Origin: Yuukianura sp. NJ FZ-2021 | Taxonomy: Eukaryota | DNA length: 64,000 nt | Reading direction: 5' to 3' | NCBI GenBank assembly: GCA_046563655.1 | Contig: CM102290.1 | Location: 12,772,001 to 12,836,000 of the forward strand | Part shown: piece by piece, positions 34,294-46,370 of the stretch | Layout of the letters: every line of letters begins with the position of its first letter | How positions within the stretch are numbered: the stretch's first letter is position 1 | Program-made: the position numbers and the translations under genes | Notes under the pieces: model-generated | The model's input: the letters and a program-made list of their open reading frames with translations, nothing else | The model's database searches: none | What the model was told of the DNA's origin: nothing

Positions 34294-37200
34294 AATGTAC
34301 AGTTGTCACATTGGAACACCCGATTTTCTGATTACTCAAATGAGCATAGCCTCCGGACTGTTTAGAAAATCTGTGTTTTTAGTGTTAAAAAATATTTTAT
34401 AACACTAAATTTAACGTACGTCACTTTGTGTTAAACTTTTTTTTCTCAATTTCTTTTGTTTCAGTTTTGTTTTTTGTTATATGTTAGTTGGTAAGTATTT
34501 TGTTAGGTTAGGGTTGCATATTTTGGAGAAAGCATGACTAAGCCATATTGATGCTCAGGGTACTTGAGTAACTACTTCTGAATCAACAAGGAATCCAGCA
34601 TATCTTGAGAGTTTTCATCCCCAAAACCAGATGATTCATCATTCATCAATCACTTTCTTCCCTGCACATTTATTCGCATCGCAGCCTACGCCTCAACATT
34701 CTCATTTCCATTGCTGGACCAAAAGTAAAATGGAGGTCCAGAGGCACTTAGGAAAATAAAAAGAAGTGAAAGCACAGGGAAAGCACCTGCCACAACAGCA
34801 GCAGTAACCACAACAACAGCCAAAGTGTGGTGGAACCATGCCAAAAGCACACAAATTTTCATTTGAACTTATTCCTCATCCATGAAATTGTTATTTGAAG
34901 GGGGATGACGAATTCCTGGGCTCCACAAAAGTAATATTCCACAACAGAAACAAAATCCATTTACAACTAGACTTCCCCCTCTCCTTTCTTCCAAAAACTT
35001 CACCAGCCAAATAAATTATTTTCAAAAAATGATTTCTACAACGTCATTCTTCTAAGCAGAGTAATAAAAGTGGAGGAGAATTATTATAGACAGCACAGCA
35101 ATTCCTATATTTTGTCTATCAATCATACACATAAGGAGAGATTTTGACTTTGTCCGCTTTGTGTGATCCAAAAACTCCATCAGTTTAACCAGCACATTGT
35201 TTAAAACATTTCCGGCATTTTTTTTTGCTTGCAAAATTCTAAGACGTTTTAAGCCGTTTCCAATCGACTCTCGCAAAAAAATGGTAGCTTTTCTATCCAA
35301 AAAAAGTTTTACAATTTTTTTTTCCCAAACCAGATTAAAACTTATTCTTACAACATGAAACGTGGAATGAGCCAAAAGAAAAAAATTATAACACATTGAA
35401 ACTGAATTTAGAATTTTTTGGATTTGGAGAAAAGAACGTTTTCTGTCAAAAATTTAAAAAAATTTTTTTTTTTTCTTCTTGATCCTTTTTATTTTTGACG
35501 ACGTTTTAAGCCATTTCCAATCCTTTCTCTCAAAAAGTTGTTTTTGGTGGGCAGGGCCCACTTTTGAAGAGAAGCGGAGCCATTTACTGTACTCAGAAAA
35601 TTTGCTGTAGGCGGAAAAAACTTTGGTACCAACAGACCAATCAGAGTGAGTTTACAAATGAGAGGTTTTACTGTACACTGCAATTTGGCAAATTGGAGAA
35701 AAAATGACATGTTATTTTGACTTAGTGCAAAAATACACATTTTTTACTCCTCACGAAAAGCCTTTTTGTTTCGGAAATGACGCAACTCCGAAGTACTATT
35801 GGTATCCTTACGGTATTTCTTTTTCTTTTAGTTATTGAAGGAGGAGGGATCTTTTGGATTAGTTTTGAGAGAACTGCTGTCTAATTTGTAATTTTAATAG
35901 GTTCTTGTGCTCATGCGAGTCGTCCTGTCATTCCTCCAGATTAAATTCTGATACTTTACGAAACATTAAGTTCCAGTTTGAGTTGGGAAAGAGGAAGGGT
36001 GAGGAGAGTTGGAAGGAGGGAAAGTTTGCTTTCTCTCTGATTTCCAAGTGTGAGGATGTGCTCTGAATAATGGATTGATCTCTATGGTTTATCAACTGGA
36101 TAATACACAGGAACACTTCCCTCTTCTGAGTCATGACCAACATCATGACACTTGATGGACTTTGTGTCAATTCAGTCTTCAACAGTCATCATGAAGATCA
36201 TAAGAAACTCAGATGCAGCAGAGCTTAGATTTCAAAATTTTGTCTTCTTAAAAAAATTAGATTGCTTTTTGCAAATTTGAGTGTAGGGTTGGGGGTGGTT
36301 TAAAAAATTGTGAGCAGTTAATGACTCAACGGAAGCGTGGGGGAGGGGATGACTTTATGTGGAGAGTGTCAGAGTATGAAATCATCGCATTTTAGAAAAC
36401 GAATTCAGAAAATTACTTCTAGGAACCTTGACCCCTTCGCTAAGGGATTGGGAATTGAATTTCTCATTTTGTGCAAAGTCCCAGTGGACCTTATCTTCCG
36501 TCCCTCTTTGTCTCCGCATTTCATTCAATATTCGCACTTTCCAATCACAGATAAGATCCAACTTCTCCGCAGTTTCAGGTTCCCTGCTTTCCCTTCAGCT
36601 CTTTGTACTTTCTCCGCAGTATTTCTGAGCAATATTCAAGCATAACAAAACTCCACTTTCCTGATAAAACTGTTCAGATCACAACAATTTCCATTTTGGC
36701 GTGAAAACAAACACAAAAAAATGGAACAAAATATTTACCTGTAGCAATAATTGACTATTGAATTTGTTTGTACCCTATTTCACGGCGTATATTTCGCGAA
36801 TTATCTCATGTTTTACCGATTCGTAGCAAAATACAAAAAAAAATCTGGTTTCTACTGGTGGTTCCAAAAAAAAAATTCCAACTCGAACTAAACTTTAAAA
36901 AAAAATGTTGAAAAATTTCGTTTTTTTTTTTGCGGTAGATTGTAACGCATCGCCTAACTTTCAATGTCTTCAAAAACCTTCGATCTTTCTCCGCTTTCAA
37001 AACAACACAAGCCATGATCTGTTAAACCTGAAAGTGGAAGATGAACTTCTTTGTCTAATTTTGTATGCTAATCCACCAGAGTCACTCAGGTGGAACACTC
37101 TGATGTATCGGAGAGCGCATCTTGATCCATACCCTCCCTGGAGGAACTTAATTTCTTTCCTTCAAAGAACCAAGAACGTTCATGGCAAGCCAAAAGAGAA

Positions 37201-38024
37201 AGCGGGGAATTTGAAATGAGCTCAAGATGATCTCTCATGACACTTTTCCATCTCTCCAGCATCAAAAAATCTCCTGTTCCTTTGACAAGTGGACCGTGAT
37301 TGGCCCTTGGCAATTTTTTGATGAGACCAAGTCATTACTACTTAGCAGAGTGGATCTTAAGGCTTAACGGATTTTTTTTAAGAATCAAAGCACTGCGCAT
37401 GCCTTGATGTACCAAAGAAAACTTATTTCCTACTATTTGGAAATTTACGGTAACAGGAAATCTCTTGCTCACTTTTAATCGAATTTGTTCTAATCTCAAA
37501 ACACAAACAAACACCTTTTCCAATCTGCGGCTCAAATTGCTTTTTTTTAGTTTCACTTTCTGTGGCTGACCAAAGCGAACTTTCTTTTAAACATTTTATG
37601 CTTGTAGTCCAAACTCTCAGTTAGGTTCCAGGCACTACACGTATCTTTTACCCGAGCGCGTTATCTGCGAGAAAATACGGTAATAAGTCAGGAATTAACT
37701 TTCTTTTGTTCTTGAAACAGTGAAATCGATACTCCCTAGGTGCAGCATCAGACGTTTCCGCTTCTGTGTATGTTTTAGCTTAGGTTCTCAGGAACAGACC
37801 CGTTTTCAATTAACTTTCACCACACCTACATCAGGTTAGAAGTGAATTATAGTATACAGGAAACCAACCATAAACACTCTAAAACCTGAGGCGTTCAATG
37901 TCAAAACGTAACGGCTAATGAAAAAAATGTCAAACTCGAATCCTATGATTCGCTAAACTAATGGTAAGTCAATCATGTTAGAAATTATTACTTCTAGTAG
38001 TTTAATTTATGGCTTAATTATAAT

Positions 38025-38225
38025 CAGGGATGTCAAAAATATTTAGTCTTCAGAAAAAAATGTTAACCAAAAAAGTTTCTGTTTTTTTTTGTTATTAAAT
38101 TTATTTCTATATATTATTTATTTATTTGCCCATGCCATTAATTTTAAATAATTAAAGATTTAAAACAAATTTTTCAATTTTTGTCAATATTTCGGGCGTT
38201 TTAGCACAAATTTTTGACAACCCTG
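38025..38225. mobile_element. hAT-like MITE
   Basis: TIRs cagggatgtcaaaaa / tttttgacaaccctg. 8-bp flanks attataat and attatatt (7 of 8 identical) are consistent with a target-site duplication. Confidence 0.75.
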
Positions 38226-38821
38226 ATTATATTTATATATATCAGATAAATATCAGAAAGTGCAGATTTAAATTTGTTAAGTTAAATAAGTATAAGTGTG
38301 AGAGTTTGTGCTGTTGCTGAGTCATTCTCATTAGAAAGTATGAGGGAAAGTGGAGAAAGCGAGAGAAAGCCGTGCCAGCGAGAAGCGACGCCGGTTCCAC
38401 ATGGGGTGAAAGCAGAAGGAAGTTGGCGGAGTGGTGGAATTTGTATGCTTTCTCTTGCATGTCGCTCCTTCCAGACTGTTGGATCCCAAGACTAGGTTAG
38501 ACTTAAGCCTCCCACTTCCAGGCTGACAAGGTTCAGTCACTCCGTGAAAGCGAGAAAGCACAGAGGTCTTTGCCCTCTGCTGCACAATACACTTCCATTC
38601 CACTTCTTAAGTTCCGGCAATACGCTCTTTTCAAAAGTTACGTTTTACGGGAACTTGAATAATTCAGTGGACGTGAATCCAAAAAAACCGGAAAGCTTTT
38701 ACAAAAAGAGAAAACAAGTTTCAAAAAACGTGCCAGTGAAAACGGATTTAACTTTCATCTCAAGTAATCCACATATTTTAAAACCCCATGGCGTCAACCA
38801 ATCAAATTCCTTAAAACATCA

Positions 38822-41744
38822 ATGCTACCAATCAAAATTGGGCCGGCGTTTGCCCTTCCTTGTCGACGACGTACGGTCACTTCATGGCCAATTTCGGCCT
38901 TATGGGTGTTCCTGTCTGTAAGTCTTGCTGGTTTGTCCACATTTAGCTTCCTACAGGCAGACTGGGTCATCAAGAGAGACTTGCTTGTGAGTACATTGTA
39001 CAGACGGACAAGTTCGAATGAAGGTTCTGTGCCAACAAGTGGTAGCACAGCGGCTGAAGCCACCGAAGTGCAAAATAGACGCTACGTGACCAGTGCACAG
39101 CAAGCGGAGCTTCCTTTCAGAGTCGACATTTCCAACCAAGACTTTTCCAAATTCCTAAGTAAATATACAAACATTGAATTTGAAAATGAAACTATCTTTT
39201 ATGACTCCAGTTTTAATCGAATTTCCAAAGTGACCAAAGTAATTACCACTGTGAGATTTGGTCTTGTGGGTGTCTGTACTAGTCCGACCAACGATATTCT
39301 CCAGTGTCACCTTTATGAAAATTTGGAACAAGATGAGTTTCCTGTTTCACAAATTTGGCCAGTAAGAACAAACAATTTGTTCAATTTTGATGTAAAACAA
39401 GTCATTTTTGTTGAATTTTATGATTTTTTTTACTTGTTTTATGAAGTAGCGAAAGCTACTTGATGTGAAGACGTGTCTGTCTTTCCGTCCGTCCGTCAAC
39501 GGCGATTATTTTAGAAATGGTCCAGGATTTCTAAAATCTGTTTTCGCCGTTGAGGAACTAGTGAGCTCACTATCGAAAAGTGAATCATTTCGGTAGGTCA
39601 ACTCTTTCCGGGTCAAAGGTCAAGGTTAACCGGTCAAAATACATTAAACAAATTAAACATTTCAGCTTCTTTAATTTATTTCACTGATAAGCTGAATTAT
39701 TTCAACGAAATATTTGAATTATTTTCACTTTTTTTTCATTTGTGTCAGTCAAATGAAATAAACATAGATGAAATTTTCAGTTAATTTCACTTGTTTTCAG
39801 TTTCTTTCAATTTTTCAGTTTTTTTTTATTTATTTCAGTTTCTTTCACTGAAACAAAAAAAAAACTACCCGACGCTGAAACATGTACAACACTGGTCAGC
39901 AATTTCTTCAACCGTGTCACAATGGCTCATCTTTCGCTACTTATGAACATTCGGATTTACCGTTTATATTTTGTTATGCTTATATTATTGTAAATGTGAA
40001 CGTGAAAGTGAGGTGAAAGGTGATCTTCAAACGACAAGAACTTTTGTAGTGTTAACCTTCCCCTCAGACTTTCTCCATCGTTAGTTGATAATGAAATTCA
40101 AGTTTGTAATTGATTTAGTTTTGAAGAGGGAGATTCGTAATTTTACGGTGAAATGAATAACCCTGTGTTTTCCTCTCCGCTTTCTCAAGAGTCAAACTTT
40201 GAAATCCCAAAGTTTTCCAATTTTGATTCTTTTTTGAGGAAGAGAGAAAGTGAGTGAGGACCTGATCCATTCTTTGTGTGTGGAACTTGACAACCTTGGC
40301 TCAAGACAAAAGCGTCGGATGTAAAATTGGAATTTGGTTTTTCCGTGAAGCCAAAAGTGAAATGGGAGGATAATGGACCCGCTTTCTCCTTTTTTCTTCC
40401 TTGGCAAGACTCAAACATCATTTATTTTCCCACGTTTTCTCCTCTCTTTTCCTTTCTCACGGATTTCATATTTTTTGTGAAACGAGGGATTGTGCAACAA
40501 CCTCACAAAAACTTTCTCTCCCGCAAACTTTCTCTCCCTTGTTTACTCACATAATTCCAAGTGATTTCCTTATAAGTGCTGGGGGAGCGGTAACTACTCT
40601 TTAGAAAATTCACACTAAAGTGAAAAAGTAACAGTTTTGAGTTTAACTGAGAATGAAACTAATTTAAACTAAAAGTTTAAAAAATTCTAACTTTGCATTT
40701 TTAAATTTCTGAAATTGAACTTATTATAGTCTTACAGTTTTGTTTTCTAAATTTAGAAAGTAGCTTTTTCTTTTTCGTGAAAAGTAGTTTTCGAAAGCCG
40801 TTTCGCGCGTTTCGACTGTTCCATATTAACGACTGTGCGTTTCCTTTACAGATGCTGACGCTGGCTGGTGGAAGTGGTTGCGTGACACTTTGCGTGTGTT
40901 CCGTGCTGTCACTTCTGGCTGTGTCCTTGCCCACTTCCAGGATGAGACATGAAGTGGCACAAACCATAGGTCATGCACAGACTGCTGCAGGTCAGTGGTT
41001 TACTCAATCTCACATTCACTTTCACCCTACTTTTCCAACATTAGTGGCATGGAAGATGTGGAAGAACGGATAGGAGTTGACGCTTCACCGATTCTTAGTC
41101 CTCCGTAAACATAAATAGCTTACGAAGCCGTTCATTAGTTCAAATAAAAATAGTTCAAATCAAAAAGTTAAAAAAAACTATGCTTAAAAGAAAAATAAGT
41201 CCATTACTAAATTTTTATTTTTTCTAACTAAATTTTTTCTTTTGTTTTTTCTTGTTGAAATTGTGGGTGTTAACACCAGGTTGTCTATAACTCCTTGTTT
41301 TTCATTTTGTTAAAAAATTGAAAAAACTTTTTTACATATGATAATTATTTTCATGTAAAGCAATTGGAATTGAGGGAAAAAATTATTTGAAGCAAAATTT
41401 TTGCAAACCCCGAGTTATTGGACAACCTGTTGTAGGAAATACCATTGTCAAGTCAAGGAACCTTGTATATTATGATGCTTGTCGAAGAAACTTGTTTTTG
41501 ATTTACGTTTTTTTGTGCAGTGGTGCTTCTGATTGTGTCACTTGTTGGATTTCCAATTGGATTCACCTCTGGATTTGTGCGTCACCATTGTGGACCATCG
41601 GCCAACGTCTACTCCCCGGGAGACTGTGAAATCGGGTGGGCGTATGCTTTGGTTCTCGTATCAACTTCTCTGTCACTCTACTGCCCAATCCTAGTCAAAT
41701 TCACTGCTGAAGCACAATACGAAGTACTTCCGAAATACATCTAA
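38822..41744 (+). CDS. LHFPL tetraspan family (TMEM211/LHFPL-like) protein; exons 38822-39361, 40852-40990, 41521-41744
   Basis: Four TM segments. LW..LS..FLQADW, FGL.GVC and FPIGFTSGFVRHHCGPSANVYSPGDCEIGWAYAL match the LHFPL pattern. Splice phases are consistent. Confidence 0.88.
39444..39965 (+). mobile_element. Helentron-associated (HINE/DINE-1-like) non-autonomous element in intron 1 of the LHFPL gene
   Basis: 5' hairpin aagtagc-gaaa-gctactt, a GTCY microsatellite, a ggtcaaaggtca core and a 3' subterminal inverted repeat ctttcgctactt at 39931-39942. Confidence 0.65.
41277..41467. mobile_element. MITE family A copy in intron 2 of the LHFPL gene
   Basis: caggttgtctataactc pairs with gagttattggacaacctg. 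The right extension matches 1778-1850 in reverse. Confidence 0.7.
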
Positions 41745-44700
41745 CTACAGAAGAATTTAAAAGACGGCGAGCTCAATAAAGTGAAATTGCTCCTTTCTCT
41801 TTTTGAAGGAAACAAAGATACTCAAAGATTTTTCAAAAAAAAGTTAGACAGTTGTGGATCGTCGACTTTAATTTAACTCATCTCATCAGATACACGAAAT
41901 AAAGAAATTTCAATTTCTACAATTCCGTTGTACGTATTTTTTGAAATTGAGAAAATTTTGAACCTCTTATTTAAATTGTGAAAGTCTTGTGTTAATTACC
42001 TCGAAATTGTTACTTTAATTTAACAAATCGCTAAATTTAGGACTTTATTATTTGTTCAAAAAACTTTGAATTTTGACCAAAAATTTGAAAAATCCCACTA
42101 GTACTATCTCTGTTTATGGATAACTTTCACCATGATGTCTTTCACTAACATTCAGCTACACTTGAGAATACTTGCAAAGAGACTCGATATACTGTTCCAG
42201 CACACCGGAAAGCAATGAAACCCATACGGCTCTTTAGTAAGTGCGTAATAAAGATCATCCGAATGAGGTTCATATAATTTTGGGATTGTGTGTCATTGTC
42301 AGCGGTGGAGCCTTGTGACAAAGGTGACGAAGCAAAAGTAATGACAAGATGGCGACCGTCGTTCTCTCAGAAGATGTTAGCGGGAGATTTGAATCTGGAG
42401 AACAGCTAATGATGATGGGAAGGGAGTGAGGACGGCTCTAGGCTTCCGATTCCCGCAGAGTCCGCTGTCAAAACCACCCATTTTTCGTCAACCTTATAAT
42501 TAACGCCTACAGCCTTAATTAAGGTCGCAAATTTCACCGCAGATTTCCCCTTCTCTCCAGTTTCAGTGACAAAACTTTCTACTTTCTCTATGTAACGCTC
42601 CAGTTACACTTACGCATCTCCGCTTAAAGTCTCATGTGTCGACTAGTAATAATCATCCCAGGTCCGTAAAATGTCATTAAGTCACTGGGCGGACCAAAAT
42701 TTAACTAATTTTGTGTTAAATTACTTAATTTTAACTGAAATTTATGATAAACAAGCCAAAGCACAGATATTACTATTATATCACTACTATTAAATTCCTA
42801 CCTGTTTCATTTGTACTGAAAAAATCGTACAGTGGAACCTCTCATTGCGTAACAAGTTCTGATTGGTTCGTTCAAATAAAAGTTTTCGCGACTTCCGTAC
42901 TGTTGCAAATTCTAACACATCTGAGATATTGGCCGACGTAAAGCAGCGTTTCGTGTTACTGTATCTACTACAAACGAAATTCCGCAAAAGCTGGAGGGGT
43001 GGAGCTACGAGTTGCACAAAGAGGGGTTCTACTGTAGATGTTTTGTTTTTTTCAGGTAATAAAATCTGCTTTACTTCAAAGTAACTCAAGAGTGAAGCCG
43101 TGCTGTTCTTTGCAAAGTAACAACAGAAGTTGGCACTTAAAAGCAGAAACCAATTTTAGATTTCTACTTACGTTTTTAACTGTTTGTGGCTTCTATTTTG
43201 TAGTTTGTAGCTTACAACGTTGATTCTTTTGTTGTTTTTACTGGAATTTAGAATGGATTTGACTTCAAAAGGCAACATCTTCTTCCCTCAAGGCAACAAA
43301 ATTGAACTTTTCTTAATATATCGTTGTGTTGTAGATAAAGCATCCATGCTTGGTCGTAGTTCAGGTTTCGATAGCTTGAAAACCAGTGGTTTCAATCTAC
43401 TCGAAAACAATCTTAGAACATTAGAAGCGACAAACTTTATTACAAAAGTTGCATTTTCACGGACTTGGCCCGTTTCCGGTTTTCTTTTCAGAACATTTAC
43501 GACTCGAACGTCCGACGCCAATTCTTGATACACTTTCGAAAACATCGGAGATGAACAACTTCCGCTTTCCGAACGCACAGAAAGTTGATCCAAATGGGAG
43601 TTGATGTTCAACGTAAGTTGAGGACACTTTCAGTGTCTTCGAAAAGGTTTGGCTCTTGCTAAAATGCTAATGCATTAGCAAGGTAATGCATGCTAACAAA
43701 GAAAAGCTTCTTTTTAATGCACTCTCTATTTTTTTTAAATGTGGGTAAGGTATGGTAAGCATTTCGTCGTGAATTATTAGGGGGAGTGGATGTTTGAGCT
43801 TCATCCATTCCAAACATTACACCCGACTTTCACCAACTTTGCAGCTTTCTTTTCTCACCCTAATCAAGACTTAAGTCAAATAGACTAAAGTTTGCTGGAA
43901 CTGCTGAGCACACAAAAAGAGTCCAAACGTCTCAACTTACTCATTAAAAGTCAAGACTACTTTCTCCAGCAGTGCCTGGAGTCTCTTCAGCCAGAATAGT
44001 AAATAGGTTCGCTTGGTTGCATCTGTTTGACACATTTGAATTTATGAATTCCTTTCATACGAAAACTTTCTAACGAGCAACAACGCTTCTCACTTTCTTT
44101 TCCAAAATACTAAGAAGTTAGTGTGAAATATTTTTGAGAGCTGAGCTTAAGTTAATTTAACTCATATTCATGAGGTATTGATTACTGTAACGAATGCTCA
44201 GCTCTACTACACTTTTATGAACATGAACATACTGGCAAACTTGATTTGACGTTAAAATGGCATAGGAGTTAGAACCTAGGTTTTAGGTTTTTAAGTTTTC
44301 AGTTTCCGATTGGTAGTAACTGGCTTGTGTCAGCTACGCAATTCGAATTCGAACGAAAAATAAACCGAAGCGGACGAATACGGAAGCATGGAAAGATGCT
44401 GCTGCAGTTCCACCGCTTTCCGTTTCCACCCACTGCAAACCATTTTGTTACGGCTCCCGCAATTGGTCGATTTCAAATCTGTGACGTCACTTTCCAAACT
44501 TTTTTCATTTATTGCAGTTATTTTGAATTTGTCCTGTTTTAAAAAGTAGAAATTAACTAAATTTTTGCTATAAATTTTACGTTTTAGAACAAAAAACTAA
44601 CAAGTTAACATTGCCTCACTAAATGTAACAAATATTACATCGTATGAATGTATAATTTGTTAAATTTACAAGGATTCAGAAACGTAGGTTAACGAAATGT

Positions 44701-45699
44701 AAGAATTCCTTGTAAAACAGGGGTTTTGCTTTTAAAGCAACGAAAGCAAAAACAGCAAAAAAAAACGAAGCTTATTTACAGCAAAAAGCAAAGCATCGAC
44801 TTTAAAAAGCCGCTTTTTACGGAACAGTGCTGGCTGATGAGAAGTGACGCAGAATATACTAGTAATATGCGATGTGTAGAATGAGAAAAGCATAGCAAAG
44901 AGCGATTGAGTGAGCATGTGTTTCCTCCGAAGTTGTGTATATCCAGAGAACCACACACTATATACACTCATGGTTGTAAGCACACCCAACGAAACCCCTC
45001 CCGTATAAAAGCATGCACGGCGTGAGACAGGGACTCGAGTATGAGGTAGATATTCATTCATTGCATGTCGTTACAACAAAATACTTTTGGTGGGATTGCT
45101 TCTCAGAGATAGCAAGATACAAATACAAGTTGGTGCGAAGGAATACGCGGTAAAGAACTAACGACCTGCCATATTCCTTTGGATACTAAAAAAGTATCGA
45201 ATCGTGATCGTGAATATCATCATAAACTTGAACCGTTCATTCGCAATACACTAAATCGGACTTACTATCAACTATTTGAAGCCCAGGGACTGACTGGCGA
45301 TGGCTCCACGAACAAGAAGTACGAAGAGAAGTACTCGTCAAACGTAAGTCCTTGTAGTAATCGGTTCTACCATCGCTTCCGGTCCCAGTTCGAAAAATTT
45401 TTAAGTATGGAAAATTTTCAAAGCACAGAGATGATGCTTCCAGACAACCTCAAAAATGACCTCTACAAAAGTTGTTCAGCTCAATGAGGGGATCATTTTT
45501 TGTCCTATGACGTATGACCCTGTGACATTCCCCTGAGGTCAAAGGTCAATTTGAAGGCCAAACGAACAACGAAACTTTTTTCATTTTTTTTTTCACAAAA
45601 CGAACGATTTTCATGGTCCCGATAACCTCCGTAACCCCAAAAGGTCAAACATAACTTGGGATTAGTTAGGTCATAGGGGGGAGCACGCCATTTCATCGA

Positions 45700-46370
45700 A
45701 TGAATTACTGCGAAGCGAATTACTGCGAATGAATTACTGCGAAACAAATTACTTCGAAAGGTCTATTACTGCAAAAGGTTAGTTACTGCGAAACGAATTA
45801 CTTCGAAAGGTGAAGTGAAAAATTTTCTAAGTCCAAAAAATTTGACCGGGCGTCTCCTGACAACCTCAAAAATGACCACTACAAGAATTATTCAGCAGTA
45901 GTAGTAGTAGTAAGTAGGTTTTCTAAAAACCTAACCTTTGACCTGTAGTCCAAACCGGTGGTCACAGAGTCGTGTGTGATATGTCAAAATCATCGTCTCA
46001 TTGACCTCAACAACTTTCGTAGGGGTCATTTTTGAGGTTGTCAGGAGACGCCGGGTCAAATTTTTTGGACTTAGAAAATTTTTCATCTACGCCCCGTTTG
46101 GTAGTATCCAACAGCTCTGCCGGCTGGGGTTTTGGGGAGTTTTCGGTTAAGATTTACATGCTAATGCTAAAGAAAGTTTCTATCGTACGATTTCCAAATT
46201 CGAATTAAATTAGAATTTTCCGTTCTTTTTCGCTTCTCTAAATAATTTGACTTTTGCAGTAGTAATTGGACTTTCGCAGTACTTGGACTTTCGAAGTAAA
46301 TAAGCCTTTCGAAGTAAACAGCCTTTCGAAGTAATTCGTTTCGCAGTAACTAACCTTTCGCAGTAATTAA
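45700..46370. mobile_element. Nested inverted-repeat (foldback-like) structure
   Basis: Outer arms are tandem ttact(g/t)cgaa units at 45700-45810 and their reverse complement at 46250-46368. Inner arms at 45816-45882 and 46017-46085 are nearly perfect inverted copies. Confidence 0.85.

Noticed and set aside
34690..34862. Cys-rich or hydrophobic short minus-strand ORFs
   Set aside because: Explained by a CAG/CAA-type trinucleotide tract. No splice or family support.
35240..35540. Two minus-strand ORFs sharing FLRE.IGNGLKR
   Set aside because: This reflects a short non-coding direct repeat of about 35 nt in AT-rich DNA, not a protein family.
42744..43640. Cluster of about 100-codon ORFs on both strands
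   Set aside because: No consistent spliced frame or recognisable domain could be built.
45700..45810. Regularly spaced short repeats suggesting a CRISPR array
   Set aside because: Units are about 12-16 nt with no unique spacers, there are no cas genes, and the context is eukaryotic.
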